Assembly (NCBI RefSeq): GCF_052425735.1
Contig: NC_135767.1
Coordinates: 3,906,001-3,970,000, forward strand
DNA from: Oculina patagonica
Taxonomy: Eukaryota
Reading direction: 5' to 3'
DNA: 64,000 nucleotides
Translations under genes and position numbers: made by a program
Notes under the pieces: model-generated
The model's database searches: none
What the model was told of the DNA's origin: nothing
What the model saw: only the letters and a program-made list of their open reading frames with translations
Shown: one piece after another, positions 11,284 through 24,193 of the stretch
Position numbering within the stretch: the first letter of the stretch is position 1
Layout: every line of letters starts with the position of its first letter

Positions 11284-12333
11284 TTACGGTATATGGGAGA
11301 ATTTTATTGTTAAAAGTAAAGTTCTCGATAGCAAAATTGATGTCTGACAAAGGTGAAGCTAGAGTTCTGGATAGAGAAGTTTTTAGTCGAGTCTCGTTAT
11401 TCGGAATTGCCTTGGGTTTGCTTTACTAAGCTATGCGATTGGTATAAGCGTCACCTATCTACTCAACCAAACAGATGCAAAACCAAAACAAGAATTTGCT
11501 TCTTGCTTTTTTGGTTCATTGTGTTGTTTACGGTGATTTCCCATTGTAATTGCATGTGTTAGTTTTAGGACACTAAAATGAACTCCACAGTTCAGTCCGT
11601 TACAGTTGACAGTTTTGCACATGAAGGGCAAAGTTACTCAATGCCATTGGCTTTTTCGTTAATGTTCGTCCAGGGTAAGAGAACTCCAAAGATTCCCGTT
11701 AACTTCGACTATAACATTTTGATAGATCTGTGAATATTCTAAGTAGATAAGAATAGACTCCACTTGTTTCATGCTTTTGCACTCGAGGAGAAAAGTCGAC
11801 CAAACAAGAAACAAATCGCTGAATTTGGGTTACACATTGGAAAGCCACAAGGCAGGAAATGGCTACTGTAGTTGTGCCATGCCATTGTGCACGATGTTGC
11901 AGACAGGGGGCACATGAATGTTGCGAAAGAACGAGATTTCACTTCTGAAACTTTTCGCACTACAATTTTAGAGGTGGATGCACATGAGTTTTATCTATTG
12001 TGCGCAGTGTTGCACTGGTCAGGGCCATAACTGCATGTGAAGAGATAGTAAAACACTAACTTCGTTCTGCATGTGAAGAGATAGTAAAACAAATAATATG
12101 CGTAGTAAATAATACTTTATTTATTGAATATCCAGCATACAAAAGGTTTTTATACAGCAATAGGAAAATAAGTTTGATTTAATATTTAAAATTAAGAACG
12201 CATTTGTCTTATAGTCTGTGTTCTGATTAAAATGTTTAGAATTTCGTTTAAGTAAGAAATGTTTCCATCCAGCAGAAATTGATAAAAAAAAAGTCAGGGA
12301 TTAATACATTCAGTGGAGATTGGAATTATAAGG

Positions 12334-15300
12334 TCAGTTCAGAATTCGGTTAGGTTTGTAGACCAGTACAAACGTAATAACAGCGAGGAAAATAAGGTGA
12401 TTTTGAAGACGAATCCGGTCGCTTTTATTGTAATACGGCTCGTGTTCATGATGTTGATCTCGTTTCATTCGCCGTTTAGTAATTATTGACATGGCCCTTG
12501 GTAAACCAATCCTTTGCCCGCGTTCTTTGATGACAGCGGCGGCAAGCAGTGCTTTGGCGGGCTCCAGGTCACTTTTGGCGGGAGAATTGATGAACGCGAC
12601 AGTTTTCGCCACCACCTGCTCGCACGCGTCCTTATCCTGGAACGTGATTGGTTTATACACCACTGAAACGTCGTGTGTGTCCACAAGATCTACGGTCAGT
12701 TGACATTTTTCCAGGCCGCCAAACTGGTTAGACAGGTTTTTCAGTTCGGAGAAGATGACATCGCTTCGGCTGAGGTCTTGGGGTGGTTGGATTTTGTCGT
12801 TCAAGCATATCATATCTCTTGCTGCAGTGTCCAGTCGAATGCTTACAGCCGTACCTGAAATAATAACACGTGTTGAAATAAAAAGAAAACTAGCACGGCA
12901 GCGCACGTAATTAAGATCTGCGTTAGATTTTTCCACCTCTTTGTATGGCAGTGTAGTATTATAATGCAGAATGGATTCTGCGAACGCACTAACTGGTTAA
13001 AATAACATCTACAATGTGGTTTATAAAGCACTGGATTTTGCGTGCGCTGACTCACTTTTCTAGTTTTCTCAAAGGGCCTGTTAAGGTTTCTTTTTTATAA
13101 TGCCGGTAGATGGCTTTGGCTTGTTGAGCTTGCCGACTATTTTTCCTATGAATTTGGTCTTATTTTGCGGAAATTGACTTCAAGTCGTGCTTAATGTTTC
13201 ATAAAGCACGCCAAAATTAAATTCTAAATCACCCAGATATTTGATTTGTGATCAACTCCTTACCACATATGGGGCAACAGCTTCCTTCAGGAATAACAGG
13301 ATTTACACAATTTACATCAGGACAGCGAGCGAGCTCAGCAACAGTCTTACAGCGAGGGTTAAAGTGTCCCACTAAGGCGCTGTTCTCCATAAAGTGGTTG
13401 TTTTTCGGATCCACTTCGTCACACTGTCCAGGGTAGTCTACGTGACTGTTGTGAAGAGAAGCGTGACAGATGCTCTGAAGCGTCACACCATCCACACCAC
13501 ACATCTGGAGAGCAAAAAATGTGTCAAGTATTTTAACAGACGTGAATTAAGAACATTTTTTGTACGTTGAAACAGTTGCTTCTCTTCGCCTCTTACGCAG
13601 TAGTCCGCGTGACCAATTGGCGTTGCTTACTTGCGTGACTTAACGATGTGACTCACATAACTGAGTAACGCGAGTCACGCAAACGCTAACGTAAAAAAGA
13701 GATGCTGCATCTTACCCTTGTGTCGTAAGTAAGACACTCTTCTTTACACGATCCGTAGTAAGCCAAGGCGACACCTTTGCCGAACATTTCGCACTTGCTC
13801 ATGTAATTGTTGTGGTCCTCGCCACACATCTGCTCTACGTGAGCCGAGCTGCAGTTTAACGTTTCCTTGGGGGAGACTGAAAAAGAGACAGCGAGTATGA
13901 GTAAGAATTTCAAAGATTGCTAATCGCCAACGGATAAGTGTCATCGAAGCCCGAAGAGGTACCGACCGTCTTTGTCCAATCAGAAAAGGACGCGAGACCC
14001 GGGACCGAAAGTTGTCGGTCACCTCAGCTTGTCACCGTGAGCTTTCGTAACACCAATTCAAAACTGGCCAATCACGACAAACTCAAATAATGAACCAATC
14101 AGAATTCTGAGCAAAGATACGCAATTGGTTCTAAAGGCGGTAAAAATGCAACCAGTGTCGGGCGCGGGAAAACATGTTCCCGGTGCTAAGAGCGGGAAAA
14201 GACGAAACCCGTGTGCCAGGCGCGGGAAAACACGCGTCAGCCTAACCTCCTCATGTGATTGGTCGAGAACACATCATTTTTGCTGTGATTGGTTAGAGTG
14301 CATTGCAAGTGTTTTACGAACCAATATGAAAGCTAAGCAAACGTAAAACAAAAGCTTACACATGATAACGGTAGTTTTATATGAAATTCTTACCACACTG
14401 ATGCTGTGAACACTCAATAATGTCTCCATTTCTAGTGGTAGCAGCAAGACACGGTCCTCTTCTATCGACGATACAAATCTCGTGTTCTGCGCATTTGACT
14501 CCAGTGCATGGGTGCTAAAATGCGAATTAAGTTTTGAAACATTTAGAAACCAATGCAAAACAAGGAACAAAACGAACATTTTAATGTGAAAATTCCACCA
14601 AATTATCATACGCCCAGTTGATCTGAAAGCGGACTACCTTATCCAATGGATACAATTTCTACATTTTTTAGGCAAACTTATACCATAAAGATTTTTTTTG
14701 TACAGTAAGCCTGTAACGTTTTCTCCTGTAAATATATAATCCACTCGAGAAACTGCTATACTGTCTTGATGTATAATTTTTCGTAAAAAGAATCAAAACA
14801 TTTTGAAATTTGGGTATAAAGTCCAGTGTTTCTCTTATACTATCTTGTTGCCCTTGGCCGGGCCTTTAGCATTGATGTAAGTTTATTAGCGTTTACTCAG
14901 TTTTGTTAATAGAGCGATTTTCACTTGAGTGTCGAAATTAAGTGAGTGGTTTAAAAAACTCGCGCTCTTTCTCAGCCAATCGGAAATGTATTTACTTTGA
15001 GTTTTGATTAGTTTACTGGATTGTCTGCGTCCCTTGTGATTGGTCAGAGTAATGGTTTTGGTTTTACGACACTCAATCGAAAAAGAATCGCAGAACAGAC
15101 CAAGAAAGAACAGACCCTTTGTGGCATTAAACTAAATCAATAAAAAGTACTCACCAAACTCTCACACTTTCCTTGTTTCACATCCTCGACACCAAATCCA
15201 CCACATTGAAAAGCATGGCACATCGATTGGTACGTTTTCCAGTTTGGTCCACATACAGGGGACACAGGCTCACTATCGCATTCCATGCACCAGTCCTTGC

Positions 15301-18300
15301 CTCTGACGACCCCCTCATTTAGAATGGACATCAATGCGTTTTCCAAAGTGCTGTTGCCAACGGCACCCGTTCGGTAATTGGTGTAGTTGTAATTTGAGGA
15401 GGGGCATCGAACACGAGTACACAGCAACTCCCCTGGAAGTGTAGAGTATTTTTTGAAACTTAATTAATTTGTAAGAAGAAAGTTTAAATCGAGTAACGGG
15501 AGAATACGAGAAGGTAGGGGATGGGTGGAGGGCGGTTTTTGTCCTATCCCCTCCAGAGCGCATCTGCGTGAGATTCGGGCCGAAAACTCCACACTGATGA
15601 CGTATCACAAAAGAAAGTCGTGTAGTGTATGATTGGTTCTTAATTGCGCGCGAAAAATCTGGAATATTGCTTTTCGAGTCTCATCAAAGATTTCTCTCGC
15701 ACGTACGGAGCAGAAAAGTGTGTGCGTTAGAAGTCCTTTGTTTTTCGCAGGCAGCATGCCGTATACTTAGTTAATGATTGCATTGAGACCTATGTAGCTC
15801 TCGCAAGACTCCTAGACCTGTAGCAACGGATATTTGACTTCAGTCGAGAGAATTAGGAAACAATTCTCTAACAGTGCCCGGCCAATGACTGGTAAATGTC
15901 TTTCTGATCTTTCCCATCTAAACTTTACATCTCTTACCATTACGACAAACGCAGTTGTTACATCCATCAAAATGTCTTGCGCCATCTGCCAATTCTCCCT
16001 TCGCCATTGGACACGGCCTAGCAAGTTGCTGGTCACAAAGTTCAGGCTTTGCATCACAGATAAGTTCACCTATTTTACACTGGCACACGCGGCATTCGGC
16101 TCTGATGTACACTATGGTTTGGTCTGTTATCTTCTCAGCGAGGGCTGGGTGAGTACAGTGAGTCGTGGGTCCTAAGAGAAAAATAAAATAATAGTTTCAA
16201 CAAGGGAACCATCTGCTAGATAACTTTATATTCTTCTTGTTAGTAAGAAGGCCCGGGCACACATTGCAAGATTGTGCGCAGTCTGAATTGCACCAACTCC
16301 TTAACTCCTTAACCCGAAATATGCAATAATTTGGCACTAAGCCGTTAGGGTACTACCTCCTTCTATCATCATCATCGAGGTTATCTTTTAAACATCAGAA
16401 CTTCCGTGCCGCATCAGAAACGCCGCGCGAAATGTTGTAGCATGTGACCGCGCCGAATAAATATGTTACGCGAAATATTTTAGCCTTCAAAACAACCATA
16501 GGCGTACGGGCCGGGGGGGCAGGGGGGCTGCAGCCCCCCCCAAGTTTATAATTATAATTATAATTATAATTATATAGAGAGAGGAAACCAGCGAACCTAA
16601 AACCCACTGGAATCGCTTCAAAACGCCCCCAAACGGCATAGAAACACAAGATTTCTATAGAAGAGGATAGGTAAGTCGATTTTATCGGATATTTTCCCTT
16701 TATTTTGAATTATTTTTTACGATCGTTATATTCCCATACAAACCCTTATAATGATAGGAAACCAGCGAACCTAAAACCCACTGAAATGGCTTCAAAACGC
16801 CCCCAAACGGCATAGAAACACAACATTTGTATAGAAGAGGATAGGTAAGTCGATTTTATCGGATATTTTCCCTTTATTTTGAATTATTTTTTTACGATCG
16901 TTATATTCCCATACAAACCCTTATAATAACGTTATTACGCAATGTCATATGTGGTCTATATGTTGACGGCTCCTTTAGGAGCTTGGGCTACCTGTGGTTT
17001 TTCGATCGATGAGCGCGCGGTGAGAACGGCGAGAGAAATGGACGCCAGCGGAAAACGGAAGAAGCCCCCCTCCCCCCGCGTGCTTGCTCGCTCGCTTCGT
17101 TTGCGTTTTCGCGTTGAAAAATCGAGAGGCTGTGGACAGTCTAGTACTGGATAGGTCAATTACCTTGCAGGATTTATTTTGAAAGTTCGCTTCTGGCTTG
17201 GAGAATTTGGCGATGGAGGAAAAAACATCGATATTATTCGAAGAACACAGGTATGGAATGCAACAAAATAAAAAATAATTAAATATAACCAAAAAATGCG
17301 CCCACCCGCTCTCCTTTTTTTTTTTTATAGAAATCCGGACTAGAAACATTTGTTTTTTTACTTGGCCTAAATTATTACTTGCCATCGCACCTAGTCAACA
17401 ATGACATGGATCGTATTGTTGATATCTTCGGCCGTCGAAATGGTAGAGCCAGCAATTTCTTAATTAACGTGTTTTATGAGCTCATATGATAGATTCTTAT
17501 GTAAGAATTTTTCACTTCATATGTAGCCCTGTGTTAGTGCACCGAATGACCCTCGTTTCTTCTCGACTGTTTCATAAAAATTTGGGCAACTTGCGAGAAT
17601 TTTTTGGGCAACTGTCTCACCGCCCCCCCTGGCAAAAAATTGCCCGTACGCCTATGAAAACAACCGTTCCCGCATTTTGGGCGCGGGAAAATTGAGGCGA
17701 TACAAAAAGAATAAGAGTGGTGGGAGGGAGAGAGGAGAGAAGGTAAACCCGTATTTTCCCCTTCCCTCCCGCCCCCCTCCCACTTATCCTATTTTTTTGC
17801 ACTCGCCCCAATTTTCGCCTGGCCAAAATGAGGAAACCTCTTCATGATCAGTTGTACGGGAACGCCTGCTACGGAGAATAGCAGCGTTTCAGTGTATGTG
17901 TCCGGGCTTCAATCGCATTGCTAAAAAACAGACGAACCCATAACCCATCCAAGAACGATTTGAAAGAGTTTCACTCTGGCATAACCTCGGAAGACAAAAC
18001 TACTGAATGACACCAATCATGCCACAAACCTGATGGTAAGGGTTCCAAGGGATCACTCGTGTTTATGAACTGCAGTAGATGTCTAGAATTGCCTCTTCTG
18101 AATTCCTGAATCTTCTCAGCTTTTCCATCTTCACTCTGTGACCGCTTGTCAATCTTTCTATTTCCTGGATTGATATTCTCGCCATGGTCCTTTCCCTCCA
18201 CAGCGTCCCGCATCTCCACAGCAAACATCCTCTGTTTCGGCTCATCGCTTTCATCAATGTAAAAGTCCTCCACGTTTTTCAAACCATTTTCTGATCCTGT

Positions 18301-21300
18301 TTGCGGTTCCACATCTCTAATCTTCTGGTCATTTGGGGCTTTATGAGATAGAGGTCTAGCTTTCTTCTTTTTGGCGGTCGTATCTTTGGTTGAGACATCG
18401 GTTTTCTTTTGGTGCGATAGATCAACTTCTGCGTGAACTTTAAGCTTTTGAGACTGATGTGACTCTTGATTGCCAACTGAAGAACTCTTCTTTTTACCTG
18501 AGGAGAACTTTTGGATTTTTTCTCTGATGACGTTTTTCTTCGGGAACTTGTTTTTGTTACCGAGTTTGTTTTTCTTCCTGGCGATTTTCTTTTGCGAGCC
18601 TGGACCTTCTTTCTTTTTTCCTGAGATCTTTTCTTTACCTTTTCCCTTGTCGTCTTTGCTGGCTTTTTCTGTTTTAGAATCTGAATCTCTACCGTTGTCC
18701 TCTTCGTTGTTTTCTTGGTCTCTTACTGAGAGGTCTTCTCTCCCGGATAAATCCGTTTCATCTTCTTCATCTTCAGATATCAAGCTCCCTTCATTCTCCT
18801 CCCATTCATTCTCTCCTTCAGACTTATGCAAATCACGCCGTTCGTAAATACTGTTTAGACCTTCTTCTCCGGATTGTTCATCTTCATATTCCTCGTCTTC
18901 GTCTTCATCTTCTCCCGCGATCTCCTGTTCGGTTCTGCCCACCACCACGTCACTATCACGTGGATACTTCACGTGCTTCGCTCTGTGGTGCACGTGCAAA
19001 GTTTTGATGTGCTCGTGATCGTAATCTCGCTCGCCTGAGAGTGATTCGTCATCGTTTTCTTCAGGATCTTCTTCTTCATCCGTGATGTAACCAAACTCGC
19101 CATTTTTCTCTCCGTGAGAATGGAGATGCATTTTAAAGTGTTCCCATGGAGTTTTCGCATCTTCGTCGTCAATTGGGGAACGGCTGTTAAAATCGCGCGT
19201 CTCTTTGCCATGAACGTGAAGCTCTTCAATGTCACTGTCCTCTCCAGAGAATTCAACATAACCATCTTCGTCCTCAGGGTCAGTTTCCTTTCTTTCTTTT
19301 AGCTTTTTCTCTCCTTGGTGGTCGCTTTTGTGGATGTGATAATGAAGGTCTCTAACGTCAATATGGCTCCCATCGCCCGAATAACCATCTTTCTCTTCCT
19401 CGTCATCACGCACGTGCCTGTCCGATACCTCAACATGAATCTCTCCATCTTTTTCAGGATTACCCTCGTCTTCAATGCTACTTTCGTCATGTTTCTTGTT
19501 TTCCTGGCCTGGATCCTCAGCATGATGAATAACCGGTTTTTCCTGTAGCTGACGTTCGTGAAGGTGGTGATGTTGCGCATGTTCAAATGCGGCGGCTACG
19601 ACATTTTTTAGCTTTGTTCCCTCGATCTGTTGTGCTGTCTGTCTTGACATCCCCTCCATAAGGTCGACATCTATATCACTATCTGATTTTAAAAAAAAGT
19701 TGGAACTGTCAGCCACAGCAATAAATTTTTCGCGTGATTAGTTCTCCTTTCGTTCGAGAATGGCGACTAAAATTTGGCCCGAAAAATTCCATAGTGATGA
19801 CGTAGCTCTACAGAGATCCGTGCAGTCTCTCTGATTGGTTGTTACTTACGCGCGAAAATTCAGAAATGACCAACAACCAATCAGAGAATGAAAAGATTTG
19901 GCCAAAATTCCTGGTAGTTGTTTTCAGCGTTGCGAAGTCATCGATATTGACGCTTAGAGCGGTTTTCACTTGAGTGTCGAAAGTAATTCGCGTTTGCATT
20001 GGTTTTGCATTACTATGCTCAGTGATTGGTGTAATACTCTCGCGCCAATTTCTCAGCCAATCAGAAGTAAAACCAAAATCAATCGTGACTCGCTTGCGCA
20101 CGTTTTTCCGCGCTTCGTGCCGGCTATATGTATTTGATTCGAGTTTTGATTGGTTTACTAGATTGTCTGTGTTCTTTGTGATTGGCTGGAGTGATTACTT
20201 TGGTTTTGGTTTTACGACACTCAATTGAAAACTGCTCTATTCAGGAAATTGTATTCAAAAATTGCTAGACAATGCCGCTATGCATGTTGGGTAAACTTGG
20301 GTCCCTCGTTTGGACACACATGGTGGTCACATGAGCATACAACAAATAAAGTATATCTGCTATAAAGTCCTATAAAAAAATTCAAATAAGAGTTATGGAT
20401 GATCATATTAATCTAAATATCGATTTTTTTTTTTGCGTTTTTACCATTATAAATAATGGTAACAGGACTGAGTGGAGCCCAATTAGTTAAACATGGATAT
20501 AATTGAACGCGAAAATATTGAAATATTGTAACAAAATATTGTATTCACTCACAACCTTGGACTAGGTATTTGTGATAACGCCCTCATTTTAAATTGCAGG
20601 TAGTTCAAAACGATCCGAAACAGAAACTGATTTTTCACGAGGCTGTTTGTTTAGAGATGAATATGTTTATAGACGAAACCATTTGCCAGAGTTGCATTCT
20701 GACCTTATCAAAGACAAAACATTTGGCGGCGAAAGCGAAAAGCGTTGTTACCGAACCATCTATTTGCTGAGGGTGCATAACGGTGGAATTTCGGTACGAG
20801 GCTGTTTGATATTGGATAAGTTGTTCGAAACCCAATGCACCAACGCTTAGATGTTCAGTGAGATTTGGCTTCAAGACTATGAACAGCTATAAAACTGAAT
20901 ATTTAAATAATTTTAAAATAGCAGCTTTATATAATAAAGTATTCTCTTATCTAACACATCTCTTCTATACTATAAAGTAGGCTTGTGTATCAACACACTA
21001 AGCTTATAGTGGAGTGTAACTGTGCTTTCTGCTCAGATCATGCCATAGTTAGTAGTACTACTAACTATATACAGATGAAAGTTTCTTTACGAAGCTGGAT
21101 CTTTATTTAAGAGTAATAATAGGAATTGTTTCATCTAAAATTGTTTTGTTTTTGAGTCGTTTATCGCTAACGACAAATGCATTCAACTCTCAGAAAATGT
21201 ACCTGATCTTTGTTTATTACCCTTCCGCCATTAATGTTTGAAACGATTGTGTAAATTCACTTTCTGGTTCTAGTTGTTTCTTACATCTAACAGTCTCTAT

Positions 21301-21770
21301 AGATAAGCATATACCACAAAATCGGTTGAGTTGGCTGAAAAAACAAGGAGATAGAGGTCAGAAACCTTCAAAATCCAAACAAGACAAAACTTCGTCTTAG
21401 ATAACTTAAGCTTAATAGTAGTTTAAGATTTCACAATTTCAATGAAAATTATTTTTGCAGACCGTTGGTTTCGGTTCCGAAAGATGTAACGAGAATTTTG
21501 AAACTGACAAGACAGTAAGTTCCTAAAGGCAGTGCATTACTCAGAAATAGTCACGAATTTAAAACACAAAAGATCTAATTAGCAAAAAACCTTTTAAAGC
21601 TGAAGCGAATGGTTTTCTTCGATCTGAAATTAGTTAGATTTCACAACAGCGTGCGAGTTTACACTGGTTTACTTACCTCGAGTTCCCCGACTTCTTTTAC
21701 TATCAATTCGGCAAGGATTTAAAAGAACCACAATAACAAGAAGCGTCGTGAGTTGCCGTCTATGCAGCAT
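12334..21770 (-). CDS. RECK-like secreted/GPI-type Kazal-motif protein with a long acidic His-rich N-terminal region (about 1100 aa)
   Basis: Exons (minus) 21770-21677 (signal peptide MLHRRQLTTLLVIVVLLNPCRIDS), 19682-18030, 16171-15938, 15432-15155, 14514-14394, 13876-13716, 13504-13264, 12854-12334; all GT-AG, phases 1,1,1,0,1,0,1; total 3303 nt. Exons 3-8 follow the RECK C-terminal Cys pattern (CNNCVC..G.L.CT...C, PVCGPNWKTYQSMC, CSQHQC, LAYYGSC, VDYPGQC, IPEGSCCPICG) and end in a hydrophobic tail. Confidence 0.85.
16497..17656. mobile_element. Non-autonomous hAT-type element in intron 2 of the RECK-like gene
   Basis: TIRs CATAGGCGTACGGGC / GCCCGTACGCCTATG; perfect 8-bp TSD AAAACAAC (16489-16496, 17657-17664). 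Confidence 0.9.
16582..16927. repeat. Near-perfect tandem duplication, about 172 bp x2, inside the hAT element
   Basis: AGGAAACCAGCGAACCTAAAACCCACTG...CCCATACAAACCCTTATAAT occurs twice. Confidence 0.95.
19955..20239. mobile_element. Dispersed MITE-like repeat; partial copies near 14909-15080 and 11400-11570
   Basis: TIRs TAGAGCGGTTTTCACTTGAGTGTCG / CGACACTCAATTGAAAACTGCTCTA; CCAATC/GATTGG-rich interior. Confidence 0.8.
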
Positions 21771-24193
21771 TTTGTGGATAAATGCTAAGAACACAAAAAA
21801 ACTAAGGCAAAAATAACATCGTTGGATTGTATTCTGGCAGTGAAATCGACATTGTTGTCCGTTTACTTGACTAACGCCAGCGTGACGTCACACGCTAGTA
21901 GATTCCCGCCAGTTACGCGAGCGCTTTTCATTAGGGAGGGGTGGGTAAGGACGGCTAAAAATCAACGTTTTGAATCTGCTGATTACTTTTTAAGGCGGCA
22001 CGTTAAAAATAAAACAAGTCCTGAAAAACGCCTTTTCATTAATTTTTTTAATGTACATGATTTAAAATCTTGACTACGGTGAATTTGATTCACAAACCTC
22101 AGATAAAGTTTATAGCGCGCGCATCATCCGTTTTGTTTGCATACGAACGCCAATTCTGTTCAAAGACCTTGATGAAAGCAGGATTACACTGGATTGGCTG
22201 TAAGGGTGTAAATAAATTATCGCAAGAGCAATAGGAATTCTGGGCAATAGGTCGGAAAAATCTCTTAAACAAAGGCCTGAAGCAGAATTCTGGAATTAGT
22301 CAGTAATTAGTAATTTTTAAAAATTCTGGAATTATTTATAACCGTTAAATACGAAGTTATATTTAGAATTTCGTGTTTCTGTCAGTTGAATTTGCTATAT
22401 ATCAATCTTTGATTAAAGGTATCCAAACTATGCGAAAATCTAATATATTCAAAGCAAAATACTAATTTTAAATTCTTGAGATCTTTTAATCAAGGAAAGC
22501 AGACAACTGACTTGTTTTAATTTGCTGACAGTGTAAAATTTTTTACAGAAAGTGAGGAGACATTCTACAACAATTTCAGACATGCGTAATAACAAACCAC
22601 GATGCAAAGACAAAAAGTGCAGTTTGAAGTTTATCGCGCAGGATGTGAAAAGCACTTCTTAGGTCCAAATAAAAACATGAAATTTTGCCTTTGTGTTACA
22701 CGTTCTCCATAACACGTATTATCGTTTGATTATTATTTCATGTTGTTTCGCAGAGGACGACTAAGAAATGTAGCAAGATGTTTGATGCACGTACAGAGCT
22801 ATTTTACTGCTCATTATTAAACGTTTTACAAGAGCTATCTCGCGATATTTTAAGTCATTTTTCTGATATACAAAATTACTTTCAAATTGATGGAAACCTT
22901 ACAAATAATAGATTTCTAACGCAGAAAAACTCCAAAGAAAAATTTTTTTTAAATAACCAAAAATACCAAAAATACACAAGGATTAAGACGGATTTTAAAA
23001 AAACAAACTTGAAAACACTAGTCAATTTTTCAAGATCTTTAAAGTGCCTTTTGCGTGGCCACTGCTGCAGGTATTGCTTGCTTAACTACCCTAAAATCTA
23101 TATGCTTTGTGTGTTATGGACGACGGGGTTTTGAAGTTCTGTTTTTATTACCACATTAAATTTGCAGGTAGTTCAAGTAGTTCTTAAAGTGGCACCAGTT
23201 ATTGTTAACATTAAGAACCTCAGCCGGAACGTAGCTACAGAATTAATCCTGCGTTACTTGAATTAAAACAAATTTTCAATCAGGTTTTCTGAAAATGTTC
23301 ATTCATCATATCTCTCGGACAGAAGTAAAGCTGGACGCTTGAAAACAACAAATCGACAGCATCAAAACTGTTTGTTCATTAAAATTTTATTTCTACCCGC
23401 AAAACCAAGTAAAACACGACTATCTTTTCTGAAAATTACCAGAAATTGTGCACGCCTTTCCTTTTCTAAATTTCCTCCCATTCTTTTATTTAATAATTAC
23501 AATTACACCATAAAAAATAAGACAAAAAATCGGTCACTTCTAGATGTATTAACAAAATGTAAAAATGTTTGGGATAGCAGGTATACATTACAACTTGAAA
23601 AGCAATATGTCTGCTTCGTAATATAAAAGGAAATATTTCAACTAGTTTCTATCAGATTCTACGGGTAGTCTACACCGATACAATTTACAACGCCATTTTT
23701 TCTACTGTACAATTATTCGAATACAATCGCTATTAGTTTACAAATAAATTTGAAAAAAAGAACCCCGTATGTTTATATTCGCATCTTTAGATTAGGGTGT
23801 GGTTGATAGAAAAATCGAACTCATCAAATTTCAACATTTTCGCTCCCGGAATTCGAATATTCCTGCAAACATTGACAGAATATTTTCACAAATTAAGATT
23901 CCCTTGCCAGCTAGCACAATCCTCTTCAATTCCAGTTCAAATATATTTGGATAACGAGGAGAAGCTTGCTAAACCACGAAGCTCTCGCGTAAAAATCTCC
24001 CTTCTGCTTGCAGTGTTTTCAAATTCTATTCTACACCTCGACAGCCATAAAAATATTCAGTAACGCTGGCTTCTTATTGAAGCAAAGTTTTGGAAATGTT
24101 TCTTCATAAGGCATGTTGTTTGTTCAGTTCTTTACTCTAAGTTGATGATGAAAGTCTGCTAACAATGAATCGATGTCCGTGAGAATGTAAACG

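Noticed and set aside
18470-18847. Phe/Ser-rich plus-strand ORFs; also 24218-24506
   Set aside because: Antisense shadows of Lys/Glu-rich coding sequence.
17971-19716. 581-aa ORF as a stand-alone intronless acidic protein gene
   Set aside because: It starts at a non-ATG codon and has no signal peptide. A good acceptor (19683) and donor (18029) link it in phase to flanking exons.
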